Positions 1 to 12,584 of a stretch of 64,000 nucleotides of DNA are shown one piece after another; positions within the stretch are counted from its first letter, which is position 1, and each line of letters opens with the position of its first letter. The notes beneath the pieces were generated by a model. The model saw only the letters and a program-made list of their open reading frames with translations. It ran no database searches and was not told where the DNA came from. The position numbers were made by a program, and so were the translations under genes. The stretch covers positions 11,286,001 to 11,350,000 of the forward strand of contig CM075993.1 of the NCBI GenBank assembly GCA_038087875.1. Reading direction: 5' to 3'. Source of the DNA: Malacoraja senta (Eukaryota).

Positions 1-147
1 GCATTCATTTATTCAATGTTTTACAAAATTACAAATTATATATCTGTGTGTTATTGCATTAGTGGGGCTGTTAAGGTGCAGCAAGGAAAAAAGGTCATTG
101 TTCTGATGGTGGTATGTATAACAATTAAACACTCTTGACTCATTTGA

Positions 148-441
148 ACATCCTCCAACCTCATCTACTGTATCCGTTGTTCCAAGTATATCGGCGAGAC
201 CAAGCGCAGGCTTGGCGATCGTTTCACGGAACTCCTCCGCTCAGTCCGCCCAGGTCTACCCAATCTCCCAGTTGCCAAACACTTTAACTCCCCCTCCCAT
301 TCCCACACTGACCTTTCTGTCCTGGGCCTCCTTCAATGTCAGAGTGAGGCCCAGCACAAATTGGAGGAACAGCACCTCATATTTCGCTTGGGCAGCTTAC
401 AACCCAGCGGTATGAATATTGATTTCTCTAACTTCAAGTAA
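148..441 (+). mobile_element. Penelope-like element fragment: C-terminal GIY-YIG endonuclease domain
   Basis: Translates as TSSNLIYCIRCSK-YIGETKRRLGDRFTELLRSVR...PVAKHFNSPSHSHTDLSVLGL...KLEEQHLIFRLGSLQPSGMNIDFSNFK*. The IY...YIG motif, HF motif and conserved E and N residues are typical of PLE endonucleases. Confidence 0.88.
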
Positions 442-722
442 CCCTTGCATCCCCGCTCTCTCCATCCCTCCCCACCTTAGTCATTCTGCTAGTTTTACTG
501 TTCGTATCCCTTCATTATCACTTCCTCCACAGCCAACAATGGATCATTGTGTGCTCTTTGAGCTGCGTTGCCGGCTCTGATCTGTCCTGTAACTTTTCAT
601 ACCTCTAGTTTCCCTCTCCCCTGACTCAGTCTGAAGAAGGGTCTCGACCCGAAACATCACCCATTCCTTTTCTCCAGAGATGCTGCCTGTCCCGCTGAGT
701 TACTCCAGCATTTTGTGTCAAC
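442..722 (+). mobile_element. Penelope 3' end / pseudo-LTR containing a hammerhead-like core at 631-658
   Basis: Directly follows the GIY-YIG stop codon. Contains CTGAAGAAGGGTCTCGACCCGAAACATC followed by ACCCATTCC...GCTGAGTTACTCCAGCATTTTGTGTC, the unit dispersed across the window. Confidence 0.8.
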
Positions 723-1019
723 TTTTGACTCTTGTCTGCTCTGTGGCAAGTTGGCATGGAGTAGCAAAAGCAGTTAGTGTGAGTTGCCTTAAACGCTGAG
801 GGAGAACAGGTCTCAGTGATGTGTAAGAAGGAACTGCAGATGTTCGTTCAAACCGAAGATAGACACAAAAAGCTGGAGTAACTCAGTGCTGGGACCTCAT
901 GTCCATTATTTCTTTATTAACCTTTCCCTAGTAAGGTTCTTTCTTGCCTGTGTAAATGGCTCGATCTCCTTCTTGCGTTTGGAGTGCACGTCCAAAAGTT
1001 GAATCATATGTAAAGAATC

Positions 1020-1495
1020 ATATGCTGTCATATGCTGAGAGAATGGAGCAGCTGGGCTTGTACACTCTGGAGTTTAGATGGATGAGAGGAGATCTCATTG
1101 AAACATATAAGATTGTTAAGGGCTTGGACACGCTGGACGCAGGAAACATGTTCCCGATGTTGGGGGAGTCCAGAACCAGGGGCCACAGTTTAAGAATAAG
1201 GAGTAAGCCATTTAGAACAGAGATGAGGAAACACTTTTTCTCACAGAGAGTGGCGAGTCTGTGGAATTCTCTGCCTCAGAGGGCGGTGGAGGTAGGTTCT
1301 CTGGATGCTTTTAGGTTCTCTGGATGCTTTCAAGAGAGAGCTAGATAGGGCTCTTAAAAATAGCGGAGTCAGGGGATATGGGGAGAAGGCATGAACGGGG
1401 TACTGATTGGGGATGATCAGCCATGATTACATTGAATGGCGGTGCTGGCTCGAAGGGTCGAATGGCCTACTGCATCTATTGTCTACTGTCTATTG
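1020..1495 (+). mobile_element. CR1/HER1 LINE 3' fragment
   Basis: ORF2 C-terminus (LGLYTLEFRWMRGDLIETYKIVKG...TRGHSLRI...FFSQRVASLWNSLP) plus 3' UTR ending in CTATTGT repeats. Confidence 0.9.
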
Positions 1496-1997
1496 TTGTG
1501 GGACAAGTTGTTCTATTTGATCTTATTTGATTGTGCTCGCCGGGTTAATTGCATTTGTCGAAACAGAGCGGACCACGTGAAAGTTGCAATCTTCTATCCC
1601 AATGGCTCGATTAGAATCATGTGTTGTCTTTTCACTGACTGGATAGCCGCAACAAAAGCTTTTAACTGTACCTCGGTACACGCGACAATAAACTAAACTG
1701 AACTGAAACTGATAACATACTGATATAGATTGAGAACTGATTATTGGGCAAAGAGCAAAATGAAAGACGAAACATAGCCACCATGGGCTAGAAGGCTTGA
1801 GGGGTGATGGGTTGGGGAGGGGGTGGGGGGTGGGGATCTGTGCTCAAATTTTAATGTCAAGTAATAATTTTGCTGAGAGAACGAAATGCCACATTTCCAA
1901 GTTGCTGAAGATACTAAAGTAAATGGAGGAAGATTTAACGAGAATTCAGAGGCTGTGGACAAGAAGCTTTTTGCCACATTGGATATTGACTACAGAA

Positions 1998-2322
1998 TGT
2001 GTAGGGAAGGAACTATAGACAAAATGTGTAGGAAGGAACTGCAGATGCTGGTTTAAACCGAAGATATGCACAAAATGCTGGAGTAACAGCGGGACAAGCA
2101 GCATCTCCGGAGAGAAGGAGTGGGTGACATTTCAGGGTCGAGACCCTTCCTCGGACTCCACCGAAGATAGACATTAAAAGCTGGAGTAACTCAGCGGGAC
2201 AGGCAGCATTTCTGGAGAGAAAGAATGGGTCTGACAATGGGTTTTGATCCGAAACGTCACCCATTCCTTGTCTCCAGCAATGCTGCCCATCCCGCTGAGT
2301 TACTCCAGCATTTTGCGTCTTT
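1998..2322. repeat. Cluster of Penelope-derived hammerhead-bearing repeats (two minus copies, one plus copy)
   Basis: GTGTAGGAAGGAACTGCAGATGCTGG...GGGTCGAGACCCTT on the minus sense, and CCGAAACGTCACCCATTCC on the plus sense. Confidence 0.8.
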
Positions 2323-2324
2323 TT

Positions 2325-2870
2325 TGAGTACAGAAGTTGGGAGGCTATGTTCCAGTTGTACAAGACATTGGCGAGAACACATTTGATTTATTGTGTACAG
2401 TTTTGGCCACACTGCTATTGGACAGATGTTGTTAAGCTGGAAAGAGTACAGAGATGATTTACGAGGTTGCTGCCTGGACTTGAGGGTCTGAGCCAAAGGG
2501 TGTGGTCGGACAGGCTAAGAGTTTGGAGGACAGGAGGATGAGGGGTGATTTATGGAAGTCTTTTACCCAGAGTCTCTTTAGAGGAATCATAAACAAGAGA
2601 TACAGATATAAGCTGAGAGGGAAAAGATTTAATAGGAAGCTGAGGGGCATTTGTTTTCATGCACAGTGTGGTGGGTGTGTGGAATAAGCTGCCAAAGGAG
2701 GTAGTCAAAGCAGAAACTATAACAATATTAAAAATACATTTGCACAGGTACATGGATAGGAAAGGTTTAGAAGGATATGGGCCAAATACGGGTCGGTGGT
2801 TTTAGTGTAGATGGGACATGTTGGTCGGCATGGGCAAGTTGAGCCGAAGTCTGTTTCCATCCTGTAGCTC
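2325..2870 (+). mobile_element. Degenerate CR1 LINE 3' fragment
   Basis: Remnants of LYKTL.R.HL.Y.VQFW, RRMRGDL and KLRGKRFNRKLRG, plus a CR1 tail. Confidence 0.8.
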
Positions 2871-3269
2871 CTCCAGCTTAATCACTCTATGAAGATGGTG
2901 TGGAAAAATATATATGATTTTGGTTCAGCCTTTTAGACTGCAGCAGGATACAGATGAGATGGAAAGTTGGGTGGAGCTTTGGCAGATGGAATTTAATCCT
3001 GTCATGTGCAAGGTGGTTCATTTTGGGAACATTAAATAATGGCAGGGCCTTAAGGAATGTGGATGAACAGAGATACCTAGGGGGGTAAGTCCATAGTTTT
3101 GAAAGAGGCAACAGAGGTAGATTGGGTGGTGGTCATGTCAGGCAGGTTTGAGAATTTGAGACCTGGAACAACAATATGTTGCAACTTTACAAAACACTGG
3201 CTAGGCCGCACGTGTACAGTTCTGGTCGCCATAGGAACGATGTGATTAAGCTCGGGGGGGGCAAAAAAT

Positions 3270-3492
3270 GGCGGCATGGTGGCGCAGCGGTAGAGTTGCT
3301 GCCTTACAGTGCTTGCAGCGCCAGAGATCAGGGTTCGATCCCGACTACGGGTGCTGTCTGTACGGAGTTTGTACGTTCTCCCCGTGACTGCGTGGGTCTT
3401 CTCCGAGATCTTCGGTTTCCTCCCACACTCCAAAGTCATGCAGGTTTGTAGGTTAATTGGCTTGGTGTAAGTGTAAATTATCCCTAGTGTGG
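3270..3492 (+). mobile_element. HE1-type tRNA-derived V-SINE
   Basis: A box (TGGCGCAGCGG), B box (GGTTCGATCCC) and V-domain GCTGTCTGTACGGAGTTTGTACGTTCTCCCCGTG...GGTTTCCTCCCACACTCCAAAG. Confidence 0.85.
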
Positions 3493-4634
3493 TAGTCCCT
3501 TAGAAGGATGGGAGTGGATATAAGATTATTAAGGGTATGGACACGCTAGAGGCAGGAAACATGTTCCCGATGTTGGGGGAGTCCAGAACCAGGGGTCACA
3601 GTTTAAGAATAAGGAGTAAGCCATTTAGAACGGAGACGAGGAAACACTTTTTCTCACAGAGAGTGGTGAGTCTGTGGAATTCTCTGCCTCAGAGGGTGGT
3701 GGAAGCCGGTTCTCTGGATGCTTTCAAGAGAGAGTTAAGGGGCTGTCCCACTGCGGCGACCTAATCTGCCAGTTTAGAAGAGTCAACTCGCAGCATGGAC
3801 AACACGTGGTCCTAGGAGGTCACTGGAACTCTCCTTCATGCTCGAGGGAAGTTCCCGCATACCCGCGCGCGGCCTCAGTTTGGTCGAGGAGAATTTTTCT
3901 GGCTGTAAAATTTGCTTCAGAGGGGTTTTCTTTTTGTATGTAAAAACCCACTTGAGAACCATGGGCGATTTTAAAATTTTACAGCCAGATTTATCACTTC
4001 TGAAACTTTTTAGATGACAAAGGAATCAAGAAAAAACACAAATAATGCCTTAGTGTTGATGAAATGCAGTGAGCAAACAGCCAATGCTTGTCAAGCACTT
4101 TGGCTGTTGTTGTCCCTTCAGCTCTCGCTTCTATCTACCGTCATTTCTCCTCACTTTTGGAATTCTGAAGTAGGCTAAATGTCTCTCACGCTTATCCCGA
4201 TTTCCATATTTATTTACAGCGCAAAAATGGACAATTTCGGCGGGTTTTAACGGGCCCGCTACGCTGGAAACAATGGTCAGTGCTTACCTGCAGTTCATCG
4301 CGTGTACTCCATTTGGCGTAGCGTAGCAACAGTACGGGTCATGGGTCGTGACCCGACTGCCGTGCAACCTCCCTATAAGCCAACCCAGTTGAACACTCCC
4401 TCGCCCAACCCTCCTGCATTTAATGTCATTAATTGAGTCACATTTAAAGTTTGTACCTTTGCACTTGGCTGGTTTGGTCACGACTCGAGAGGTCACTCCA
4501 GGGAAATGTTGGAAATGCAAAAAAAAAAAAAAAAAAGTTGGAGATCGTAAATCAACAGAAAATGCTGGTGAAACTCTGCAGGTCGGGCAGCACTTGTGTA
4601 GAGAGAAACTGAGTTAATGCTGAGTAATGCTAGT

Positions 4635-4924
4635 GTGGCACGGTGGTGCAGTAGTAGAGTTGCTGCCTCACAGCGTCAGTGACCCGAGTTCGATCTTGAC
4701 TACGGGTGCTGTTTGTACGTTCTCCCCGTGACCTGCGTGGGTTTTCTCCTAGATCTTTGTTTTCCTCCCACACTCCAAAAGACGTGCAGGTTTGTAGGTT
4801 AATTGCCTTGGTATAAATGTAAATTGTCCCCAGTGTGTGTAGGATAGTGTTAATGTGTGTGGGGATCGCTGGCCGGTGGGCCGAGGGGCCTGTTTCCGCG
4901 CTGTATCTCTAAACTAAACTAAAA
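4635..4924 (+). mobile_element. HE1-type V-SINE, near full length
   Basis: tRNA head, V-domain, CR1-like tail GGGCCTGTTTCCGCGCTGTATCTC and (TAAAC)n end. Confidence 0.9.
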
Positions 4925-4929
4925 GAGTC

Positions 4930-5622
4930 AGGAAATCAAGGTGCATTTTTATAGGGCTTTGGCTAGGCCACATTTGGAGTATTACATGCAGCTCTGGTCA
5001 CTCAAGAAGGATGTGAAGGTTTTGGAGGGGCTGCAAAGAAGGTTTATCAGAATGCTGACTGCATAAGAGGGTATTAGCTGCAGGACAGACTTGGATTGTT
5101 TTCCCTGGAATGTCAGAAGTTACAGGCAGACCTAATGGAAGTATATAAAATAATGAAAGGTGTAGACAGAACCTTATTCTCTGGGTGGAAATATCAAAGA
5201 GTAGAGGGCTTTATGATGAAAGGGGGGAAGGGGAATGGGTCGACTGGGCTTGTATTCACTGGAATTTAGAAGGATGAGAGGGGATCTTATAGAAACATAT
5301 ACAATTCTTAAGGGATCGGACAGGCTAGATGCAGGAAACATGTTCCCGATGTTGGGGGAGTCCAGAACCAGGGGTCACAGTTTAAGAATAAGGGGTAGGC
5401 CAGTTGTGAATCTGTGGAATTCTCTGCCGCAGAAGGTAGTGGCGGCCAATTCACTGGATGTTTTCAAGAGAGAGTTGGATATACTCAGGGCTAACGGAAT
5501 CAAAGGATATGGGGACAAAGCAGGAACAGGGTACTGATTTTGAATGATCGGCCATGATCATGTTGAATGGCGGTGCTGGCTTGAAGGGCCGAATGGCCTA
5601 CTCCTGCACCTATTGTCTATGT
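4930..5622 (+). mobile_element. CR1 LINE 3' fragments (two adjacent)
   Basis: ORF 5235-5537 GLYSLEFRRMRGDLIETY...LWNSLPQKVV, with an older RPHLEY remnant upstream. Confidence 0.85.
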
Positions 5623-5914
5623 TTAAAGGAGATGTGCAGGGCAGGTTTTCTTACATAGAATGTGGTGTATGCCTGGAATATGTTGTCAGGGGTGGTGATG
5701 GAGACAGTTGCAGTGGTGGTGTTCAAGTGACTTTGGATAGGCACGGAAGTGCAGGGGGTGAAGTGTTATGGATTATGTGCTGGCAGATAAGAGTTGGTCT
5801 TGGCATGGTGCTTGGCACGGACATTGTGGGCTCTACTGTTCTATGTTCTGTTTCAGACAAAAGCCCTCTGACCTGCAACATCTGTATGATGCTAGCTGAC
5901 TTTCCATGAGTGTT

Positions 5915-6557
5915 CGGTTTAGTTAAGTTTGGTTTAGTGATACAGCATGGAAACAGACCAAATCATTGCCAACCACAATCACCCGAAAACACATAGTTCT
6001 AGCCTACACACTAGGGGGCAATTTACTGAGGGCCAATTAACCTACAAACCTGCACGTCTTTGGAATGTGGGAGGAAATCGGAGCAACTGAAAGAAACCCG
6101 CCCACAGGGACAACGGGCAAACTCCGTAGAGACAGCACCTGTGTGATCAGGATCACACCCGGGTCTCTGGCGCTGTGAGGCAGCGACTCTACGTTTAATC
6201 TTCCTGTACACCAGCGATGGAAAAATGAAATTCTTACCTGCTACAGCGACAGCATGGTGGCACAGCGGTAGAGTTGCTGCCTTGCAGCGCTTGCAACGCC
6301 GGAGACCTGGGTTCAATCCCAACCACGGGTGCTGTCTGTACGGAGTTTGTACCTTCTCACCGTGACCGCGTGGGTTTTCTCCGAGATCTTTGGTTTCCTC
6401 CCGCACTCCAAAGACATCCAGGTTTGTAGGTTAATTGGCTTGGTGTAGGTGTAAATTGACCCTAGTGTGTGTAGGATAGTGTTAGTGTCGCTGGCCGGTG
6501 CGGACTGGGTGGGCCGAAGGGCCTGTTTCCGCGCTGTATCTCTAAACTAAACTAAAT
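5915..6557. mobile_element. Head-to-head pair of HE1 SINEs (minus ~5915-6190, plus ~6254-6557)
   Basis: Reverse-complement and forward copies of the SINE consensus. Confidence 0.8.
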
Positions 6558-6737
6558 TCAATAATGCAACAAATGAAGATACAATATTATAATAAATGAT
6601 CAGTTATAGCTGGTAACCAAACCTGAATGGCTCCAGCGTTTCTTGCTGTTTATTTCAGGAAGGTGCCAGCCCTGTTAAAGGGTTTTGTACAGGATCACAG
6701 TGCCAGAGAATGAGACTGGCATAATATTGGGAATCTC

Positions 6738-7430
6738 AGGATCCCAGGAATGAGTGGGTTAACATACGATGAGCATTTGACGGCACTGGGCCTGTACTCG
6801 CTGGAGTTTAGAAGGATGAGGGAGAAACCTCAATTTAAACTTACCGAATAGTGAAAGGCCTGGAGAGAGTGGATGTGGAGAGGATGTTTCCACTAGTGGG
6901 AGAGTCTAGGACTAGAGGCCACAGCCTCAGAATAAATAGATGTACCTTCAGGAAGGAGATGAGGAGGAATTTCTTTAGCCAGAGGGTGATGAATCTGTGG
7001 AATTCATTGCCACAGACGGCGGTGGTGACCAAGTCATTGGGTATTTTTAAGGTGGAGATTGATTAATAAGTGTCGGGGATTATGGGGAGAAGGCAGGAGA
7101 TGATTGATTGCAGGAGTGGACGATGGCCTAATTCTGCTGCTATAACATGAACATGAACAGGGCGACACGGTGGCGCTGCGGTAGAGTTGCTGCCTCACAG
7201 CGCCAGAGACCCGAGTTACATCCTGACTACGGGTGCTGTCTGTACGGAGTTTGTACATTCTCCTCGTGACCTGCGTGGGTTTTCCCCGAGATCTTCTGTT
7301 CCCTCCAAAGACGTACAGGTTTGTAGGTTAACTGGCTCGGTTGTAAATGTAAAATTGTCCCTAGTGTGTGTAGAGTAGTGTTAATGTGCGGGGATCGCTG
7401 GTCGGTTTTTACTCTAAACTAAACTAAACT
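6738..7430 (+). mobile_element. CR1 3' fragment followed by an HE1 SINE (7160-7430)
   Basis: ORF 6851-7066 VERMFPLVGESRTRGHSL...; SINE head GGTGGCGCTGCGGTAGAGTTGCTGCC. Confidence 0.85.
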
Positions 7431-7449
7431 ATGAAGACTTACACAGTAA

Positions 7450-7960
7450 AGGGCCTGTCCCACTTGGATGACCTAATCCACGAGTTTAGAAGACGGGTTG
7501 GAAAAAATATCACGGTCGTGTTGACTCGCCAAGTAAAAGACCTTCTACGACTATGTCTACGACCTCCTACGACCCCCCTCGACCTCAGTCTTCCATACCT
7601 AAGACCAACTACGACTAGCTACGAGTGGAAAATGATAAAATTTTGTCATGTTCGCATTTTTTCCTCGGGGCCAGTCACCTACCCACGACTATCTACGACT
7701 ACTGTCACGACCTACCTATGAGTAAAAAGTATCCATTCTTTCCATGCCAACCTTTTATTTACTCGTGGACATTTTTTATCGGGCTGGAAAAAAAAACGCC
7801 GCGACCTACTTGAGGCCACGAGTACGCGGAGACCACTCACGGGCACGAGGAAGAGTTACGAAGACCTCCTACGACCTCGTGGCGACCATGCTGCGAGTAT
7901 GAGTCGAGGGCAAACTCGGCAGAGGTCGCCAATTAGGTCGTCAAAGTGGGACATGGGGCT
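7450..7960. mobile_element. PIF/Harbinger-type MITE (family B)
   Basis: Imperfect TIRs AGGGCCTGTCCCACTT...AAGTGGGACATGGGGCT flanked by TAA/TTA; internal ACGAC repeats. Confidence 0.7.
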
Positions 7961-7970
7961 TTACAGATAT

Positions 7971-8178
7971 TAGACAAAAATGCTGGAGAAACTCAGCGGG
8001 TGAGGCAACATCTATGGAGCGAAGGAAATAGGCGACGTTTCGGGTCGAAACCCTGAAGGCTTTCGGCCCGAAACGTTGCCTATTTCCTTCGCTCCGTAGA
8101 TGCTGCCTCACCCGCTGAGTTTCTCCAGCATTTTTGTCTACATTCGATTTTCCAGCATCTGCAGTTCCTTCTTAAACA
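7971..8178. repeat. Palindromic pair of hammerhead-bearing Penelope-derived repeats
   Basis: AGACAAAAATGCTGGAGAAACTCAGCGGG...GACGTTTCGGG is mirrored by CCCGAAACGTT...CCCGCTGAGTTTCTCCAGCATTTTTGTCT. Ends about 40 nt before the ICE2 acceptor. Confidence 0.85.
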
Positions 8179-8218
8179 GTAACGGATACTTCTCTCTCTC
8201 TCTCTCTTTAAATCACAG

Positions 8219-8480
8219 CCTGCCGGAGGACCGCTACTTGCTCAGCCACACTTCAGGGGACTCGTCCATCACCATTTATCGCACGTCTCTGGGAGGGAGG
8301 TTCACCAGAGCAGCCTACAACCTCCACGCCACCCACAGCGCTCTGCCTGCGATCCCTTCCACCCTCTCCGTGCCCTGGGTGCCCCTGGATGCCAGCGTGC
8401 TGCTGCCGTTTCACATCCACCACGGCAGGGCCCCCTGCACCTTCCCACCGAGACCCGCGGACAATCCCCACGCTCAAAAG
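8219..8480 (+). CDS. ICE2: ICE2 (NARG2, little elongation complex subunit 2), penultimate coding exon
   Basis: Pyrimidine tract + CACAG acceptor and AAG|GTTTGT donor. Encodes LPEDRYLLSHTSGDSSITIYRT...RAAYNLHATHSALPAIPSTLSVPWVPLDASVLLPFHIHHGRAPCTFPP, matching recalled human LQEGSYLLSHAAEDSS...SLSVPWVPLDPSLLLPYHIHHGRIPCTFPP. Syntenic with ANXA2. Confidence 0.93.
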
Positions 8481-8637
8481 GTTTGTGTTCTCGCCGTTCC
8501 CTGTGCTGTCAGAGACAGAGTACACGCCACCACTGCTGGGGGCTGTTTGACCAAGAACAACTTTTTTTAGTTTAGTCTAGAGATACAGCGCGGAAACACC
8601 AAGTCCGCACTGACCAGCGATCACCACACACTGAAAG

Positions 8638-8967
8638 AAGCCCTGTCCCACGGTACGAGTTCATTCCAAGAGCTCTCCCGAGTTTGCCCTGATTCGAACT
8701 CGTAGATTTACGGTAATGGCCACTCGTCGGTACTCGGGGCTCTCGTGGACATTTTTCATCATGTTGAAAAATCTTCACGAGTCTTCCCGTGCTTACCTGC
8801 CGTTAGCGAGTCTTCCCGAGTACCTGCCGTTAGCGTTACGAGCCGCTAAGAGACGTCCCCGAGCTCTGATGTACCCGCCACGTTCATTCACCGTGCTTAC
8901 CACGCGTTTGATTTATTTTAAACTCGGGAGAGCTCTTGGAATTAACTCGTACCGTGGGACAGGGCTT
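8638..8967 (+). mobile_element. PIF/Harbinger MITE family A, copy 1, inserted in a minus-strand HE1 SINE (~8568-9172)
   Basis: ~45-bp TIR AGCCCTGTCCCACGGTACGAGTT(C/A)ATTCCAAGAGCTCTCCCGAGTTT; TAA on the right flank. Confidence 0.85.
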
Positions 8968-9439
8968 TAACACTATAGACACACACTGAGGACTATTTAC
9001 ATTGATACCAAGCCAATTAACCTGCATGCATGTACGTCTTAGGAATGTGGAAGGAAACCAAAGATCTCGGGGGAAAAAAATCCAAGCAGTCATGGGTTGA
9101 ACGTACAAACTCCGTACAGACAGCACCCGTAGTCGGGATCGAACCCGCCTCTCCCTGCCGCTGTGAGGCAGCCGACGATCCATAGCCTCTGTGCCTTGAG
9201 ACCTTATTTAATGTTGTCTGACTCCACCTCCATCACCCACTCAGTCAGTGTGTTGCAGATTCCAACCACCCTCTGGGTGAATATAAATCTTCCACAGATC
9301 CACTCTCATCCTCCCACTCCCTACCTATCAATGCTCTCTAATTTTAGAAACCTTTGCTACAGAATATAGTTTTATTTTTCTACCCTTTTTTTAATGTCGC
9401 TCATAATAATATCTTGGAAGTCTCTTGCGATGAGACAAT

Positions 9440-10140
9440 ATTGAACAAAGAACAGTACAGCACAGGAACAGGCCCTTCGGCCCACAATGATGCCCAGTTA
9501 AACTGATCTCATCTGCCTGTACATGGTCCATATCCCTCCATTCCCTGCACGTCCATGTGCCTGTCTAAAAGCATCTTAAATGCCACTATCGTATCTGCCT
9601 CCACCACTACCCCAGGCAATGCCTTCCAGGCCCCCACCATTGTATTACAACAAACTTGCCCCGCACATGGGCGGCATGGTGGCGGAGGTAGAGTTGCTGC
9701 CTTACAGCGCTTGCAGCACCAGAGACCCCGGTTCGATCCTGACTACGGGTGCTGTCTGTACGGAGATTGTACGTTCTCCCTGTGACCGCGTGGGTTTTCT
9801 CCAAGATCTTCGGTTTCCTCCCACACTCCAAAGACGTACAGGTTTGTCGGTTAATTGGCTTAGTGTATGTGTATCAAATTGTGCCCAGTATGTGTAGGAT
9901 AGTGTTCATGTGCGGGGATCGCTGGTCGTCACGGACCCGGTGGTTTCCAAGGGCCTGCTTCCGCGCTGTATCTCTAAACTAAAATAAACTTCCCATTAAA
10001 CTTTCGCCCTCTCACCTTATTGTTATGTCCTCTGGTGTTGGACGTTTCCATTGTGGGAAAAAGGCTGTGATTGTCTACCCTATCTATGCCTCGCAATTTT
10101 ATATACTTCTATCAAGTCTCCCCTCAACCTCAACGTTCCA
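9440..10140. mobile_element. Minus-strand CR1 3' end interrupted by a plus-strand HE1 SINE (9669-9990)
   Basis: CR1 tail on both sides of a full SINE. Confidence 0.75.
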
Positions 10141-11369
10141 TGGGGCGACTATTGAACAATGAAGGCAAGATAGAACTTAAAACAAGAACAGACCAACCAC
10201 TTTGCTGGGATTACACTACTGGGCCCGCAGCAGCTAGCAGGAGATAGCAGAGCAGATATTGTAGACAATTGCAGAAAGTTGCAAAAGCAATACTTAGAGG
10301 TGTGGAGGATATTATCTTTAGTCTTAATAACAATAATAATAATATATTTTATTGTCATTGCACATAGGTGCAACGAGATTGGGTACGCAACCTCCATCCG
10401 ATGTCATAACTTAAACAACTAATAAAATTTAGATACCCCGAGAAACAGGATTTATATATTTTTTAAAGAACAGTAAAACAGTCTAAAGTGCAAATGTGTC
10501 TGTGCCGGGTCGATGTGTGACGTGACCATCCGAGGGAGACAGTTCACGGGGGTGGGGGGCACTCAGCAGGGCCGGTTCAGAGCAGCGATAGCTCTGGGGA
10601 TGAAGCTGTTCCTGAGTCTGGAGGTATCTTTAGAGATACAGTGCGGAAACAAGCCCTTCAGCCCACCGAGTCCACGCCAACAAGTGATCACCCCATTCAC
10701 TAACACTATCCTACACACCAGGGATAATTTACATTTTTTACTAAGGCCAATTAACCTACAAACCTGCAGGTCTTTGAAGTGTCAAGTCAAGTCTATTTGT
10801 CACATACGCATACGAGATGTGCAGTGAAATGAAAAAGTGGGGGAGGACCCGGAGCACCCGGTGAAAACCCACACGGTCCCAGGGAGAATGTGCAAACTCC
10901 GTACGGACCCAATATTGACATGGACTAACCTTGTGGTAAAGACTTAGATGGGAAGGAATGTGGAAAGTTTATCTTGGAGAGTTTATTGAGTTAATTTGTA
11001 GAAAATAGTACCAGAGAAACGCAAGTGGTGGAAGTATGAGTGGATGACAATTTTAGGAATAGTGTCATCATTCTGGAAATTTGAAAGTCATTATGGAGAA
11101 GAATAATGCACAAATTATGATCATAAATTGGCAGAGAGACCATTTGATAACAAGCAAGGTCCTGGTGAAGCAACAGCCAGCAGGTGTCTATTTGGAGTTT
11201 GCACGTTCTCCCTGTTATCGCGTGGTTTTCCTCCAGGTGCTCTGGTTTCCTCCCACATCCCAAAGATTGCCGGGTTTGTAGGTTAATTGAACTCTGAATT
11301 GTCACTCGTGTGTAGGGAGTGGATGAGAAAGTGGGATAACATAGAACTAGTGTGGATCGGTGATCGAAC

Positions 11370-11700
11370 ATTGTCCTCTGGTTCTTGATTTGCCTCCTCT
11401 GGACAAAAGACTCTGTGCGTCTACCCGATCTATTCCTCTCATGATTTTGCACACCTCCATAAGATCACCCCTCATCCTCCTGCGCTCCAAGGAATAAAGT
11501 GCTAGCCTGCTCAACCTCTCCCTATAGCTCAGGCCCTTGAGTCCTGGCACCATCTTCGTAAATCTTCTCTGCAACCTTTCCAGCTTGATAACATATTTCC
11601 TACAACATGGTGACCAAAACTGAACACTATATACTAATGAATGTGGCCTCAGCAATGTCTTATATAACTGCAGCGTGACCACCCAACTTTTATACTCCCT
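11370..11700 (-). mobile_element. CR1 LINE fragment
   Basis: ORF 11347-11712 LYKTLLRPH...VQFWSP...LERLQRRFTKMVPGL...RRRMRGDL. Confidence 0.88.
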
Positions 11701-11743
11701 TCTACACATCATTAGTCTGTAATTATGCTCCTAAAGCTTACCC

Positions 11744-12257
11744 TGTTAGTCTAGTTCAGTAAAACACTGTCAAGCACTGGATCAAATAACTCTTTATTCT
11801 CACTCACAAACGAACTTCCTATACGATACCTAACCAACCCCGCAGGTCCGATCCTTGTCTCTACTCGTCCAAGCCCTTCAGCCTCAGGCGAATAGACACC
11901 TCCAGACAGTCAACGCAGTCCCAAGTGCATTTCCAGAAGATCGATCCATGTGGTGTCCCCACTTTTACAGGGTATCGGACCCGTGGCGCGAAACTATATG
12001 GAGGGGGGGAGGGGGGGACCCCTACAAACCAATCACAAATATAGATCATATAATACATTTATTACAGTTCCCTAACCCAATCACAAAGTATCCCATTACG
12101 TTGTTTCCACAGAAGGTTCTAGTTGGAAGACAGTTCACCAAAGTAAAGAAACATTTCCCCAGGTAGTATAAACAATTTGAACAAGGCTCCATACTTTGAC
12201 CAATCACAAGATAACAGTGCAAAGATTCTGCAACATAATTAACAATACTTTACAACA
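11744..12257 (-). mobile_element. Possible solo LTR
   Basis: TGTT...AACA termini, CCC on both flanks, minus-strand AATAAA near 11792, and three CCAATCACAA motifs. No matching internal region is present. Confidence 0.35.
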
Positions 12258-12584
12258 CCCCATTCTATAACCAATCCTGATCATGCATTTGCAACCCAGC
12301 TCAGCTCTTTCTGCAAAACCCTCATACATATTAACAATAGGGAGGACATCTGGATCTCACCTTATCCTCAACTTTCTCCCAGGATCCAGACACCTTGGAG
12401 CCATGACCCATGGCCCTGTAACCTTTCACAGAAAGAGGACAAGCAAGCTTTGCAAATACAGAGATTCTCCATTTTGTGACATATTTATTTGGCCAATATT
12501 ATCAAGTCTACTGGAGAAGTAGAGGCTTTGGTGGGCTTTTTTGGCCAGAGCGTTGATGTGGTTAATCCCGTGGTTAGTCACTGC

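Noticed and set aside
145..165. AACATCCTCCAAC resembling an upstream ICE2 exon (NILQ)
   Set aside because: It continues in frame into the Penelope GIY-YIG sequence and has no suitable splice sites. I found no further ICE2 exon in 1-8218.
3270..3350. tRNA-like A/B box sequences at many positions
   Set aside because: These are SINE heads followed by the V-domain, not tRNA genes.
3895..4378. Unclassified segment ending in GGGTCATGGGTCGTGACCC...CCTCCCTATA, possibly a DNA-transposon end
   Set aside because: No matching second terminus or second copy in the window, so it cannot be classified.
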